DNA of 64,000 bases. It comes from Gemmatimonadaceae bacterium. GTDB lineage: Bacteria; Gemmatimonadota; Gemmatimonadetes; Gemmatimonadales; Gemmatimonadaceae. The stretch spans positions 608,001-672,000 of the forward strand of contig JBJMOW010000004.1 in the NCBI GenBank assembly GCA_045803545.1, read 5' to 3'. Shown piece by piece: positions 48,308 through 55,784 of the stretch; the first letter of the stretch is position 1, and every line of letters begins with the position of its first letter. Under the pieces are notes generated by a model. The model had not been told where the DNA came from. It made no database searches and worked only from the letters and a program-made list of their open reading frames with translations. The position numbers and the translations under genes are program-made.

Positions 48308-48952
48308 AGCGCGTGTGACGGGACGCTTGTATTGCGGCAGCTCCGGCGGTGCCAACAAGTAGCTGTTCCACAAAAAAGGTTCACGCATCTGTTCGGCTAA
48401 AAATTCATCTAGCACGAGCGAGTGCATTCGCACTCTGTGATCTTGCGCGCGATTGTGCCGGCGAATGAGTTCCTCGAGATATTCTTCACTCGGTAGAACG
48501 ATTGTCGCGACCGTGGGATCCAAGCGCAGGTCCTCAGTTCGGATGCGCCACTCCCGCTCCCAGCAAAAATCAATTGGCGGCTCACTTGTCGGTTCGTACC
48601 GTACGTGCCGATAGCGAAGCGATTCCGGTAACTCTGAGAACTCAGACTCTGGCTGGTAAATCACCGGCCGTCCTCCTCTCTCAAAGAGCCATTTCTTAGG
48701 AAGCAGGACTCCGAATGGCATGTAACGAAGCCGTTGGGCCGCGGTCCGCGCGAAAACGTCAGTCAGATGCGCGAGGGGCGCTTCCGTGAAACAAACGCAA
48801 GTGTAATTGCCTTTGATGAAACCCGTGCCGCCGAGGAGTCGCGAGTCACCGACGATATGCGAAAGGACCTCGAACGCTTCAGTGGGGGAATCGCCCTTAG
48901 TGAAGTGAATAACATCATTCGCTATGTCGTCGCGCCTCTGAAATGGATTCAT
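48302..48952 (-). CDS. AbiGi-like / ADP-ribosyltransferase-fold hypothetical protein (cassette)
   Basis: IHFT, VCFTEAP, Y.PFG..KxWL..GGRPVIY and EREWR motifs. Confidence 0.65.
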   Translation of the reverse strand: MNPFQRRDDIANDVIHFTKGDSPTEAFEVLSHIVGDSRLLGGTGFIKGNYTCVCFTEAPLAHLTDVFARTAAQRLRYMPFGVLLPKKWLFERGGRPVIYQPESEFSELPESLRYRHVRYEPTSEPPIDFCWEREWRIRTEDLRLDPTVATIVLPSEEYLEELIRRHNRAQDHRVRMHSLVLDEFLAEQMREPFLWNSYLLAPPELPQYKRPVTRAV

Positions 48953-48967
48953 AGCGTGTTAGCGGCT

Positions 48968-49102
48968 GTCTAACGCCCCAGTTCTGCTGCGAGCGACTCT
49001 AACATAGTTGCACGATGGCAGTTCCGCGCCGCAGGCGATGCGCTCGAAGAGCGTTCAACCCAACGACTAACAAGCGCTCGTCTGCAGCAACTAACGTTAG
49101 GT
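48968..49102 (-). repeat. attC site
   Basis: GTCTAAC...GTTAGGT. Confidence 0.9.
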
Positions 49103-49318
49103 GGTGCCTTTGGTAGCGCGGATTTTCTCACGCGATTCCCACCAGCGTGAAAACAACATCCAAAGACTTACTGCCAGAGATAAGAACGTAGATATCCATT
49201 CGCGTCTTTGAAAACTGTCCCATGCGAGCCAGAAGAAGACTAGAGCAAACGCGATGTCTACGAAGGCGACCACGCGATCCTTTGAAGGGAGCGGTGCTTT
49301 TATCATAGATGCATCCAC
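49097..49318 (-). CDS. Small 2-TM protein (cassette)
   Basis: Fills the cassette from R' to R''. Confidence 0.6.
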   Translation of the reverse strand: MDASMIKAPLPSKDRVVAFVDIAFALVFFWLAWDSFQRREWISTFLSLAVSLWMLFSRWWESREKIRATKGTT

Positions 49319-49451
49319 CTAACGCCCCAGTTCTGCTGCGAGCGATTCTAACATAGCTGCGAAAAGATTGCGACGCACCGCAGGCAAAACGCCGGAAAAG
49401 CGAGAAACCCAACGACTAACACGCGCTCGTCTGCAGCAACTACGGTTAGAT
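49317..49451 (-). repeat. attC site
   Basis: ACCTAAC...GTTAGAT. Confidence 0.9.
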
Positions 49452-49920
49452 AGTGAGGCGCGCGAAGTTGTCGGGTCGCAGTCGATATCGATGAAAGAGT
49501 TGCGTTTGAAACAGCTATTCTCAGTATGACCGTATCGACCACACCCGCACGAAGGTCGCGGCGACCAATCGAAGGCAGGTAGCCAAGGCGACGAGCCAAT
49601 ACGTTGTAACTGCCAGGCTCAATTTTTCCGATGACGAAGCCACCGCTTTTATTGGTATAAGCAGCGCGCCGGTTTGTCCCGTCGGGAGACCTAAGAAGCA
49701 CCTGCGCGCCTTCTATGCCCGAACCTGAAGCAGAATCCAGAACGACCCCAGCCAAGGCTCCCAGCTTTCTGCCCGTCGAGTCTCGGGTGACAGAATCCTG
49801 CGGAAAACCTGGGATTCCAGTTGTGAGTACGTTGTTAGTTCGGGACGTGACGCATCCAATGGCAGCAACTAACGATGTGGCCGTGAAAACTGTTCTGCGC
49901 ATAGCAGCGAGGTTGATCAC
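49348..49920 (-). CDS. Lipoprotein with carboxypeptidase regulatory-like domain; frame reads into its attC
   Basis: Paralog of 43926-44357 (RDSTGR, EPGSY, RRLGY). Confidence 0.7.
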   Translation of the reverse strand: MINLAAMRRTVFTATSLVAAIGCVTSRTNNVLTTGIPGFPQDSVTRDSTGRKLGALAGVVLDSASGSGIEGAQVLLRSPDGTNRRAAYTNKSGGFVIGKIEPGSYNVLARRLGYLPSIGRRDLRAGVVDTVILRIAVSNATLSSISTATRQLRAPHYLTVVAADERVLVVGFLAFPAFCLRCVAIFSQLC

Positions 49921-49949
49921 CTTAAGTGCGGAAGAATGTGTGTCTCACT

Positions 49950-50041
49950 ATCTAACGCCTTAGTTCAGCTGCAAGCACACTACCACCATGGCGGCGAAGC
50001 CGCATCCGAAAAGTGCTTGTCAGCTGCAACGTTCGTTAGGC
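49950..50041 (-). repeat. attC site
   Basis: ATCTAAC...GTTAGGC, 92-bp class. Confidence 0.9.
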
Positions 50042-50464
50042 GGTGGGTGCGTGATCTTCATCGGTCAAAATGCGGTAGGAACCGTCGGTATTACGTGCCG
50101 CGCGAAGGCCACCAATCGGCGCGACGGGCACATTGAGCCGCTCGCAAACCCAATGACGCTTGTGTACCCAAAGGGGATGCCGAGTGTGGAAAGGGCACGT
50201 CGGCCATGTGGTATCAATATGCGAATCCAAAAACTCTTGTTGGACGTACTCTGCAACGCGCTGCTCGTAGTCCTCCGCATCGACGCGTACGTGGTTAGGG
50301 CCGTTTACGGACTCTCTTTGCGAGCGCGCTTGCTGGCGAATGAATTTGGCGTAGGCGCCGCCTAGGGTTACACCGATATCGTTGTCGAGGGCGGAAATTA
50401 CGCGAGCCTCATCGTCTGATGTGATCTCGTTACGCGGTTCTAAAACGCCTGAGTGGTTTATCAT
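50036..50464 (-). CDS. Hypothetical protein with a putative Zn-binding motif (cassette)
   Basis: WPxCPxHxxHPL..WxC..APIGGL. Confidence 0.7.
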   Translation of the reverse strand: MINHSGVLEPRNEITSDDEARVISALDNDIGVTLGGAYAKFIRQQARSQRESVNGPNHVRVDAEDYEQRVAEYVQQEFLDSHIDTTWPTCPFHTRHPLWVHKRHWVCERLNVPVAPIGGLRAARNTDGSYRILTDEDHAPTA

Positions 50465-50466
50465 CC

Positions 50467-50564
50467 GCCTAACGCCCCAGTTCAGCTGCGAGCGACTCTA
50501 CTCTAGATCCAATCATATGCAATTCCTTAAAGCGGGCGCTCGTCTGCTGCAACTACCGTTAGGT
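50467..50564 (-). repeat. attC site (first cassette)
   Basis: GCCTAAC...GTTAGGT, 98-bp class. Confidence 0.9.
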
Positions 50565-50614
50565 GGCGTCGCGTAAGTGCGCACCTGATACGGCAAAGGA
50601 GATTGACCACGCGT

Positions 50615-51037
50615 CTACCGGTTAGATCCGATAGGGTGGCTCGATAACCAATAGCCGCCGAAGGTGCCTAATAGCAGAGCGCAACCTGCAATCGACTCCC
50701 ACTCTGTTATGCGCCATTGCCATGGCATACCATCGGAGGCAACGGCGGCGCCAAAGAAAACAAAGACGGCTGCCGTTATGCCGACTAGAATTGCGACGAG
50801 TCTTATGTGAAGGAACGGCCGCATCGCACCTACAACGGTGCCGCTTGCTAGCCCTCCGATAACATAGGCCGCGATTACCGCCGCAAGCGTTGTGTGCAGC
50901 TTGTCGAATGGTCGGGAGCCTTCAGCCAGATACAACACGACGACATAAAGTGAGTATAGCGCGGCGAAAGCGAGTCCGAACCCTACGCCCCAAACCACAT
51001 TACTCAAGAACGAACGTTCAGATCGGTGCATGCCCAT
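50615..51037 (-). CDS. 4-TM membrane protein (first cassette)
   Basis: Between attI and the first attC. Confidence 0.7.
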   Translation of the reverse strand: MGMHRSERSFLSNVVWGVGFGLAFAALYSLYVVVLYLAEGSRPFDKLHTTLAAVIAAYVIGGLASGTVVGAMRPFLHIRLVAILVGITAAVFVFFGAAVASDGMPWQWRITEWESIAGCALLLGTFGGYWLSSHPIGSNR

Positions 51038-51117
51038 CGGTGCTCGCAGCTGTCGGGAAGAGAAATCGAACTAAGCGGTTTTGTTAGTCACGTCCACGTA
51101 TAAGGACGAGTGAAGCC

Positions 51118-51136
51118 ACCTAACGCCTTATTAGGC
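51118..51136 (-). other. attI: attI recombination site
   Basis: Minus strand GCCTAAT-AAGGC-GTTAGGT (L box, 5-bp spacer, R box); no attC hairpin; TTAGGTGGC matches R'' of cassette 1. Confidence 0.75.
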
Positions 51137-51306
51137 TCATGGAAAAAAAGAACTGCTGCAAAGAAAGCTGCAAAACATGTACTCTCGGCGCCGGGTGAAC
51201 GACCGGTAAGTCCCGAGAAGGCCCTGTCTGCGAAATTGTACGTCACACAGGTGATGGATGTTAGACTGCGAGGGGCGCTGTGATTCCTGCGCACGCTGTG
51301 TTTGCG

Positions 51307-52305
51307 TCAAAGGGCGTCGATCGGGCTTCTAACGCCCCGGCCACCTGTGTTCAGCACGTGGGTGTAGATCATCGTCGTCCGTACATCGGTGTGGCCGAGG
51401 AGCTCCTGAATGGTGCGGAGGTCGTAGCCATCCTCTAGCAGGTGCGTCGCGAAGGAGTGGCGGAAGGTGTGACAGGTGGCGCGCTTCATCAGACCGGCCG
51501 CGCGAACGGCGTCCGCGACGGCGCGCTGGATGACGGTCGGGTGAAGATGGTGGCGGCGGAGCTCGCGAGTCACAAGGTCGATGTGGGTCCGCGTGGCAGG
51601 GAAGACGTACTGCCAACGGAACTCCGTCGACGCTTTTGGATATTTCCGCACCAAGGCGCCGGGAATATCCACGCGACCGCCACCGCGCCTCAGATCACGC
51701 GCGTGAGTGACCCGCACTTCGTCCAAATGCTCGCGCAGCCGCGACTCGGCAGCGGTCGGGAGCATCGTGATCCGATCCTTGTTGCCCTTGCCGCCACGAA
51801 CGAGGATCTGGTGGCTGCCGAAATCGATGTCCTTTACACGCAGCTGCAGACACTCCAGGACCCGCATGCCCGCGCCGTACAAGAGGATCACCGCCAGCTG
51901 CGGTACGCCGTCCATCTCAGCGATTAGCCGCCTCGTCTCCTCGCGGGTAAGAACGACGGGCAGTCGCACCGGACGCTTGGCTCGCGCGAGGCGCTCGGCG
52001 TCTTCGAGCGGAATGTTGAGAACGTCGCGGTACAAAAAACCCACCGCAGCCAACGCCTGGTTCTGGGTCGAGGCGCTGACGTTCGACTGGATTGCCAACG
52101 ATGTCAGAAACTCTTCGACTTGGTCGCGGCCGAGATCGCGAGGATGTCGCTTACCGTGGAAGCGGATGTAACGGACCACCCAGCTTAGATAGGTGCTGAC
52201 CGTTCGGTCGCTGTAGTGGCGAAGCCGCAGCTGCTCGACCAACTGCGAGAGTAAGGGCGACCTTCCGGCAACCGCCGGCGCGGTCGCATCTGCAGTTTGA
52301 CGCAT
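51307..52305 (-). CDS. intI: Integron integrase
   Basis: [12 protein letters not shown], GKGxKDR, IntI-specific insert (PGALxRKYP..WQYVFP), [13 protein letters not shown] and IYTH. Confidence 0.97.
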   Translation of the reverse strand: MRQTADATAPAVAGRSPLLSQLVEQLRLRHYSDRTVSTYLSWVVRYIRFHGKRHPRDLGRDQVEEFLTSLAIQSNVSASTQNQALAAVGFLYRDVLNIPLEDAERLARAKRPVRLPVVLTREETRRLIAEMDGVPQLAVILLYGAGMRVLECLQLRVKDIDFGSHQILVRGGKGNKDRITMLPTAAESRLREHLDEVRVTHARDLRRGGGRVDIPGALVRKYPKASTEFRWQYVFPATRTHIDLVTRELRRHHLHPTVIQRAVADAVRAAGLMKRATCHTFRHSFATHLLEDGYDLRTIQELLGHTDVRTTMIYTHVLNTGGRGVRSPIDAL

Positions 52306-52376
52306 GTCGATTTGGTAGTCTATCCGGGATTATGCGCGACATCTTTGGGATTCGCAGCCAACCAGAATTCGGAACG

Positions 52377-53468
52377 CTATCTCCCGGTTGCGAAAATCTC
52401 GGTCAGCTCCTGCGGCGGGACGACCTCGAGTTGCTCATAGGTGCAATCCTTCGGCTTCTTGTCCGATCGCCAGCGACGGAACTGCGCAGTGTGACGGAAA
52501 CGATCGCCCTGCATGTGATCGTAGGCGACCTCGAGCACGAGCTCGGGACGCACTGGCTCCCACGACAGATCCTTCCCGCCGCTCCAGCGACTCTGACCAC
52601 CAGGCATCCGATGCGGTGCGTCGTCATTTTGTGCGAAGTCGGCCCAATCGCCCCACGGATGATTCTTTAACGCGTTCTTGCGATAGGGCTCGAGCATCTC
52701 GACGAGCTCTTTGCGCTTCGCATCGGTGAAGCTCGCGCACACACCAACATGCTCGAGCTGTCCATCGTCGTTGTACAAGCCAAGTAGCAGAGACCCGACC
52801 TTGGTCTTGCCGCCCGTCTTGTGCCAGCGAAATCCGGCGACGACGCAATCGCACTCGCGCTCATGCTTCACCTTGAGCATTACACGCTTGTTGGGCTCGT
52901 AAGTACCATCAAGCGCTTTGGCGACGACACCGTCGAGGCCGGCGCCCTCGAATCGGTTGAACCAGTCCTGTGCCTCGTTCCGATCGCGCGTCGCTGGTGT
53001 GCAATGCAACGGTGCCTCGAGCTTCGCGCAAATTTTCTCCAGTCGCTCGCGCCGCTTCTCGAACGGCGTGTCGCACAGACTGCGATCGCCTTCGCAGAGC
53101 AAATCAAAGAACACGATCGACGCCGGTATCTCCGCGGCCAGCTTCTTCACCCGAGATTCGGCGGGATGCAGTCGGAGCTGCAGGGTGTCGAACTCCAGCG
53201 CGCCGTCGACGGGCATCACGATCTCGCCGTCGAGCACACACCGCTTCGGCAATTGCTTCCTGATTGGTTCGATCAGCTCGGGAAAGTAGCGATTGAACGG
53301 CCGCTCGTCGCGACTCTGTATAAAGACTTCATCGCCGTCGCGAAAGATCAGCGTGCGAAATCCGTCCCACTTGGGCTCGAAGATCCAGCCTTCGCCCGGC
53401 GGAAGCGCACTCACGCGCTTGGCGAGCATCGGCAACACCGGCGGATTTACCGGGAGGTCTATCGCCAC
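52377..53468 (-). CDS. ATP-dependent DNA ligase (LigC-like)
   Basis: EPKWDGFR, DGEIV, FDLL, DGVVAK, KVKH and RWRxDK motifs. Confidence 0.9.
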   Translation of the reverse strand: MAIDLPVNPPVLPMLAKRVSALPPGEGWIFEPKWDGFRTLIFRDGDEVFIQSRDERPFNRYFPELIEPIRKQLPKRCVLDGEIVMPVDGALEFDTLQLRLHPAESRVKKLAAEIPASIVFFDLLCEGDRSLCDTPFEKRRERLEKICAKLEAPLHCTPATRDRNEAQDWFNRFEGAGLDGVVAKALDGTYEPNKRVMLKVKHERECDCVVAGFRWHKTGGKTKVGSLLLGLYNDDGQLEHVGVCASFTDAKRKELVEMLEPYRKNALKNHPWGDWADFAQNDDAPHRMPGGQSRWSGGKDLSWEPVRPELVLEVAYDHMQGDRFRHTAQFRRWRSDKKPKDCTYEQLEVVPPQELTEIFATGR

Positions 53469-53469
53469 A

Positions 53470-54585
53470 CTATAACCTGCAGCTGTAGCTCGCCGCGCTG
53501 TCGCGGTTGCCGGCTCCGGCGAAGCGCGCCTGCTGCGGATACGGACAAAGTGGGCGCGTGCGCACGATGCCGCTCGCGGTGTCCCCGTCGATCCGCCACT
53601 GCGTCGCGATGATGTCGGTCGGCGCCGAGCCGGTCTCGACCCAGCGCTCGAGCGCGATCAACATGCTGTGCTCTGGATCTGCGTTCGGACGAAGCCACTG
53701 TCCAAAATCATTGGGGACGTCACCGCTGCCACAGTGGCCCATTCCCGGCACGATGTAAAGACGCGCGAAATCATCGGCGTTCTTGCGACCCATCTTCGAG
53801 ATCAGGCGATCGTAGTAATCAATCGTCGCGCCAGGTGCGTCCTTGCTGCCGTGATAGATGACGAGCTTGCCGCCGCGAGCGGCGAACGCATCGAGATTTC
53901 CCTGCAGAAAACTTTCGAATCCCCAACGGAACGCCGGCGCGCCCGCAATCACGCCGTCATAGTCCGCCGGATATCGCTCGGCTTCCATCAAGCCCTGCCG
54001 GCCGCCATTGGAGCAGCTGGCGAAATAGGAGCGAGTGGGCGCCTTGCCGTAGAACGACTCGATCGCCGCCCTCGCCATCAACGTCATCTCGTGGATCGCG
54101 CGGTAATCGAAATCGGTTTGCTTTTCAGGGTGCCCTTTTGCCCAGCCAATGTCGGTCGATTTGCCCTCGTGGCCGGTGTCGGTCGACGCGCTCGCGTAGC
54201 CGGTGTTGAGCGCTTCGCCCAGTCGCGGATACGCAATCGAGCCAGCGTAGCCGCCGTTGCCGACGCCGAGGTATTTGCCGTTCCAGCCGGTGATTGGGAG
54301 CCACACTTCGACCTGGATACGAGAGTCGCTCGACGGCGCGACCGTCGCTTGCAGCCGACAAAACGCGGGCAGCCGATCGTAGCCGTTGAAGATCTCGGGC
54401 GAAGGTCGAGTGCGAATCGGGGAACGAAATGTCCCGGCAGGTACTACGCGAGCACTCGTAATCGTTGTGTTGAGTCGATTGAGCCTGGCGAGACTGTCGC
54501 ACGGATCGGCGCGCGTCGGAGCCGGCGCGCAGGCGACGATGCCTGCGATGAGCGCGAAAGCGAATCTCGAGCTAGCGATCTTCAT
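53470..54585 (-). CDS. Tannase/feruloyl esterase family hydrolase lacking most of the lid domain
   Basis: WNGK..GNGG, TDTGH, CSNGGRQG, GMGHC and RPLCPYP; only 371 aa. Confidence 0.85.
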   Translation of the reverse strand: MKIASSRFAFALIAGIVACAPAPTRADPCDSLARLNRLNTTITSARVVPAGTFRSPIRTRPSPEIFNGYDRLPAFCRLQATVAPSSDSRIQVEVWLPITGWNGKYLGVGNGGYAGSIAYPRLGEALNTGYASASTDTGHEGKSTDIGWAKGHPEKQTDFDYRAIHEMTLMARAAIESFYGKAPTRSYFASCSNGGRQGLMEAERYPADYDGVIAGAPAFRWGFESFLQGNLDAFAARGGKLVIYHGSKDAPGATIDYYDRLISKMGRKNADDFARLYIVPGMGHCGSGDVPNDFGQWLRPNADPEHSMLIALERWVETGSAPTDIIATQWRIDGDTASGIVRTRPLCPYPQQARFAGAGNRDSAASYSCRL

Positions 54586-55282
54586 CGCGTCTCCAGACCA
54601 TGGCAAAGCTCGTGGGGCGATCGCGGTATTTCTCCCACTTGGGCTTCGATGCGATCCACGCATCGTCGACAATTCGCTCGTGCATTTCGACGAGCGTGAA
54701 TCCCGCAGTCAGCGCTGCTGCAACGTGATCGCTGAAGAAATGAACGTAGCTGCGGATGGTGACAGGCTCGTCGTTGGACGCGCGATGGTAATGCGTCGGC
54801 TGGCCGCTGAGCAGAAAATACGGATGATAGCCGACGAGGACGAAGTGTCCCCGGCGGCGCAGCAATCGCGCCGTCTCGTTGTAGAGCGGAGTGATGCTTT
54901 GCAGATGCTCGTCGGCCAGCGATTGGGTCGCCAGATCGTATGACTCAGAGGGCAAGCCAGTGTCGCCAACATCGGCGATGCGCAGCGAACGATAGATATT
55001 TCGCTCCCGCGCCCGATCGAGCATCTCCGGCGTGAGGTCGACGCCGTCTATTTCCTTCACACCGTGCGCCCGCAACCAGGTGCCGATCCGACCGGTGCCG
55101 CAGGCGAGATCGGCTGCAGTGTTCACTGTAGTCCACTCCACGGTCTCGACGCGATCGAGCAGCGCGATGTCCATCTCGTCGTGAACGGTCTGCTCGTAAT
55201 GAGCGGACCAGTCACCATAGCCGTCGGTTACCGAGACAATGGGATAGCGACGTGTGTCGTAGCGCGAGAAGTCGAGCGTCAT
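54572..55282 (-). CDS. Class I SAM-dependent methyltransferase
   Basis: DLACGTG and GVDLTPEML motifs. Confidence 0.85.
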   Translation of the reverse strand: MTLDFSRYDTRRYPIVSVTDGYGDWSAHYEQTVHDEMDIALLDRVETVEWTTVNTAADLACGTGRIGTWLRAHGVKEIDGVDLTPEMLDRARERNIYRSLRIADVGDTGLPSESYDLATQSLADEHLQSITPLYNETARLLRRRGHFVLVGYHPYFLLSGQPTHYHRASNDEPVTIRSYVHFFSDHVAAALTAGFTLVEMHERIVDDAWIASKPKWEKYRDRPTSFAMVWRRDEDR

Positions 55283-55292
55283 GTACTGAAAT

Positions 55293-55784
55293 CTACGCGA
55301 GGTGGCTCAGATCTTTCTCGTAGCGCCAGACTTCCAGAGTCATTTCGCCATTAATGGTCTGGAACCGGCCAGGCATATTCCCAACTCTGCGCCAGCCCTG
55401 CTTCTCGTAGAAGCGCGCGGCGCGGTCGTTGCCGATTGCGCAGCCGAGCCACGCCGTCCTGAAGCCGTAATCTGCCAATCGCTCTTCGGCATCGGCGATC
55501 AGCGCCGCGGCGACACCGGTTCCACGCGCGGCAGCAGCCACGAAGAGCTGATAGAGCTCGTCGTCCTTCACCAACGCAAATCCAACTGGATTGCCACTCT
55601 CACCGACGACGCGCAACTCGTCGAGCGAAGCCTCTACCCGATCGCGCAAGCTCTCGAGTGTGCGCGTAGCGGTGAGATTAGCCGGCACAATCTGCTCGTG
55701 CGCATCGCGCCAGCTGTCGAACCACACCCTGGCGATCTGATCTATCTCGTCCGCCTCGGCGTCACGAACGGTGATCCGCGTCAC
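55293..55784 (-). CDS. GNAT family acetyltransferase
   Basis: RGTGVA and NDRAARFYEKQGW motifs. Confidence 0.85.
   Translation of the reverse strand: MTRITVRDAEADEIDQIARVWFDSWRDAHEQIVPANLTATRTLESLRDRVEASLDELRVVGESGNPVGFALVKDDELYQLFVAAAARGTGVAAALIADAEERLADYGFRTAWLGCAIGNDRAARFYEKQGWRRVGNMPGRFQTINGEMTLEVWRYEKDLSHLA

Larger units (their letters stand above)
25787..52305 (-). mobile_element. Chromosomal integron: intI, attI and cassette array
   Basis: Integrase plus about 28 attC sites alternating with single co-oriented ORFs. Confidence 0.92.

Noticed and set aside
25787..50564. CRISPR array interpretation of the recurring repeat
   Set aside because: Repeats are 90-135 bp, variable and separated by whole genes; they have RYYYAAC/GTTRRRY ends and an adjacent IntI; no cas genes are present.
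51260..51266. GTTAGAC as an alternative attI
   Set aside because: Wrong orientation for the array; the site at 51118 matches the end of cassette 1.
51327..51338. CTAACGCCCC resembling an attC or attI arm
   Set aside because: Lies inside intI and encodes the conserved GVRSP C-terminus.
52306..52376. LexA/SOS box upstream of intI
   Set aside because: No CTGT-N8-ACAG or GAAC-N4-GTTC seen; the host motif is unknown.
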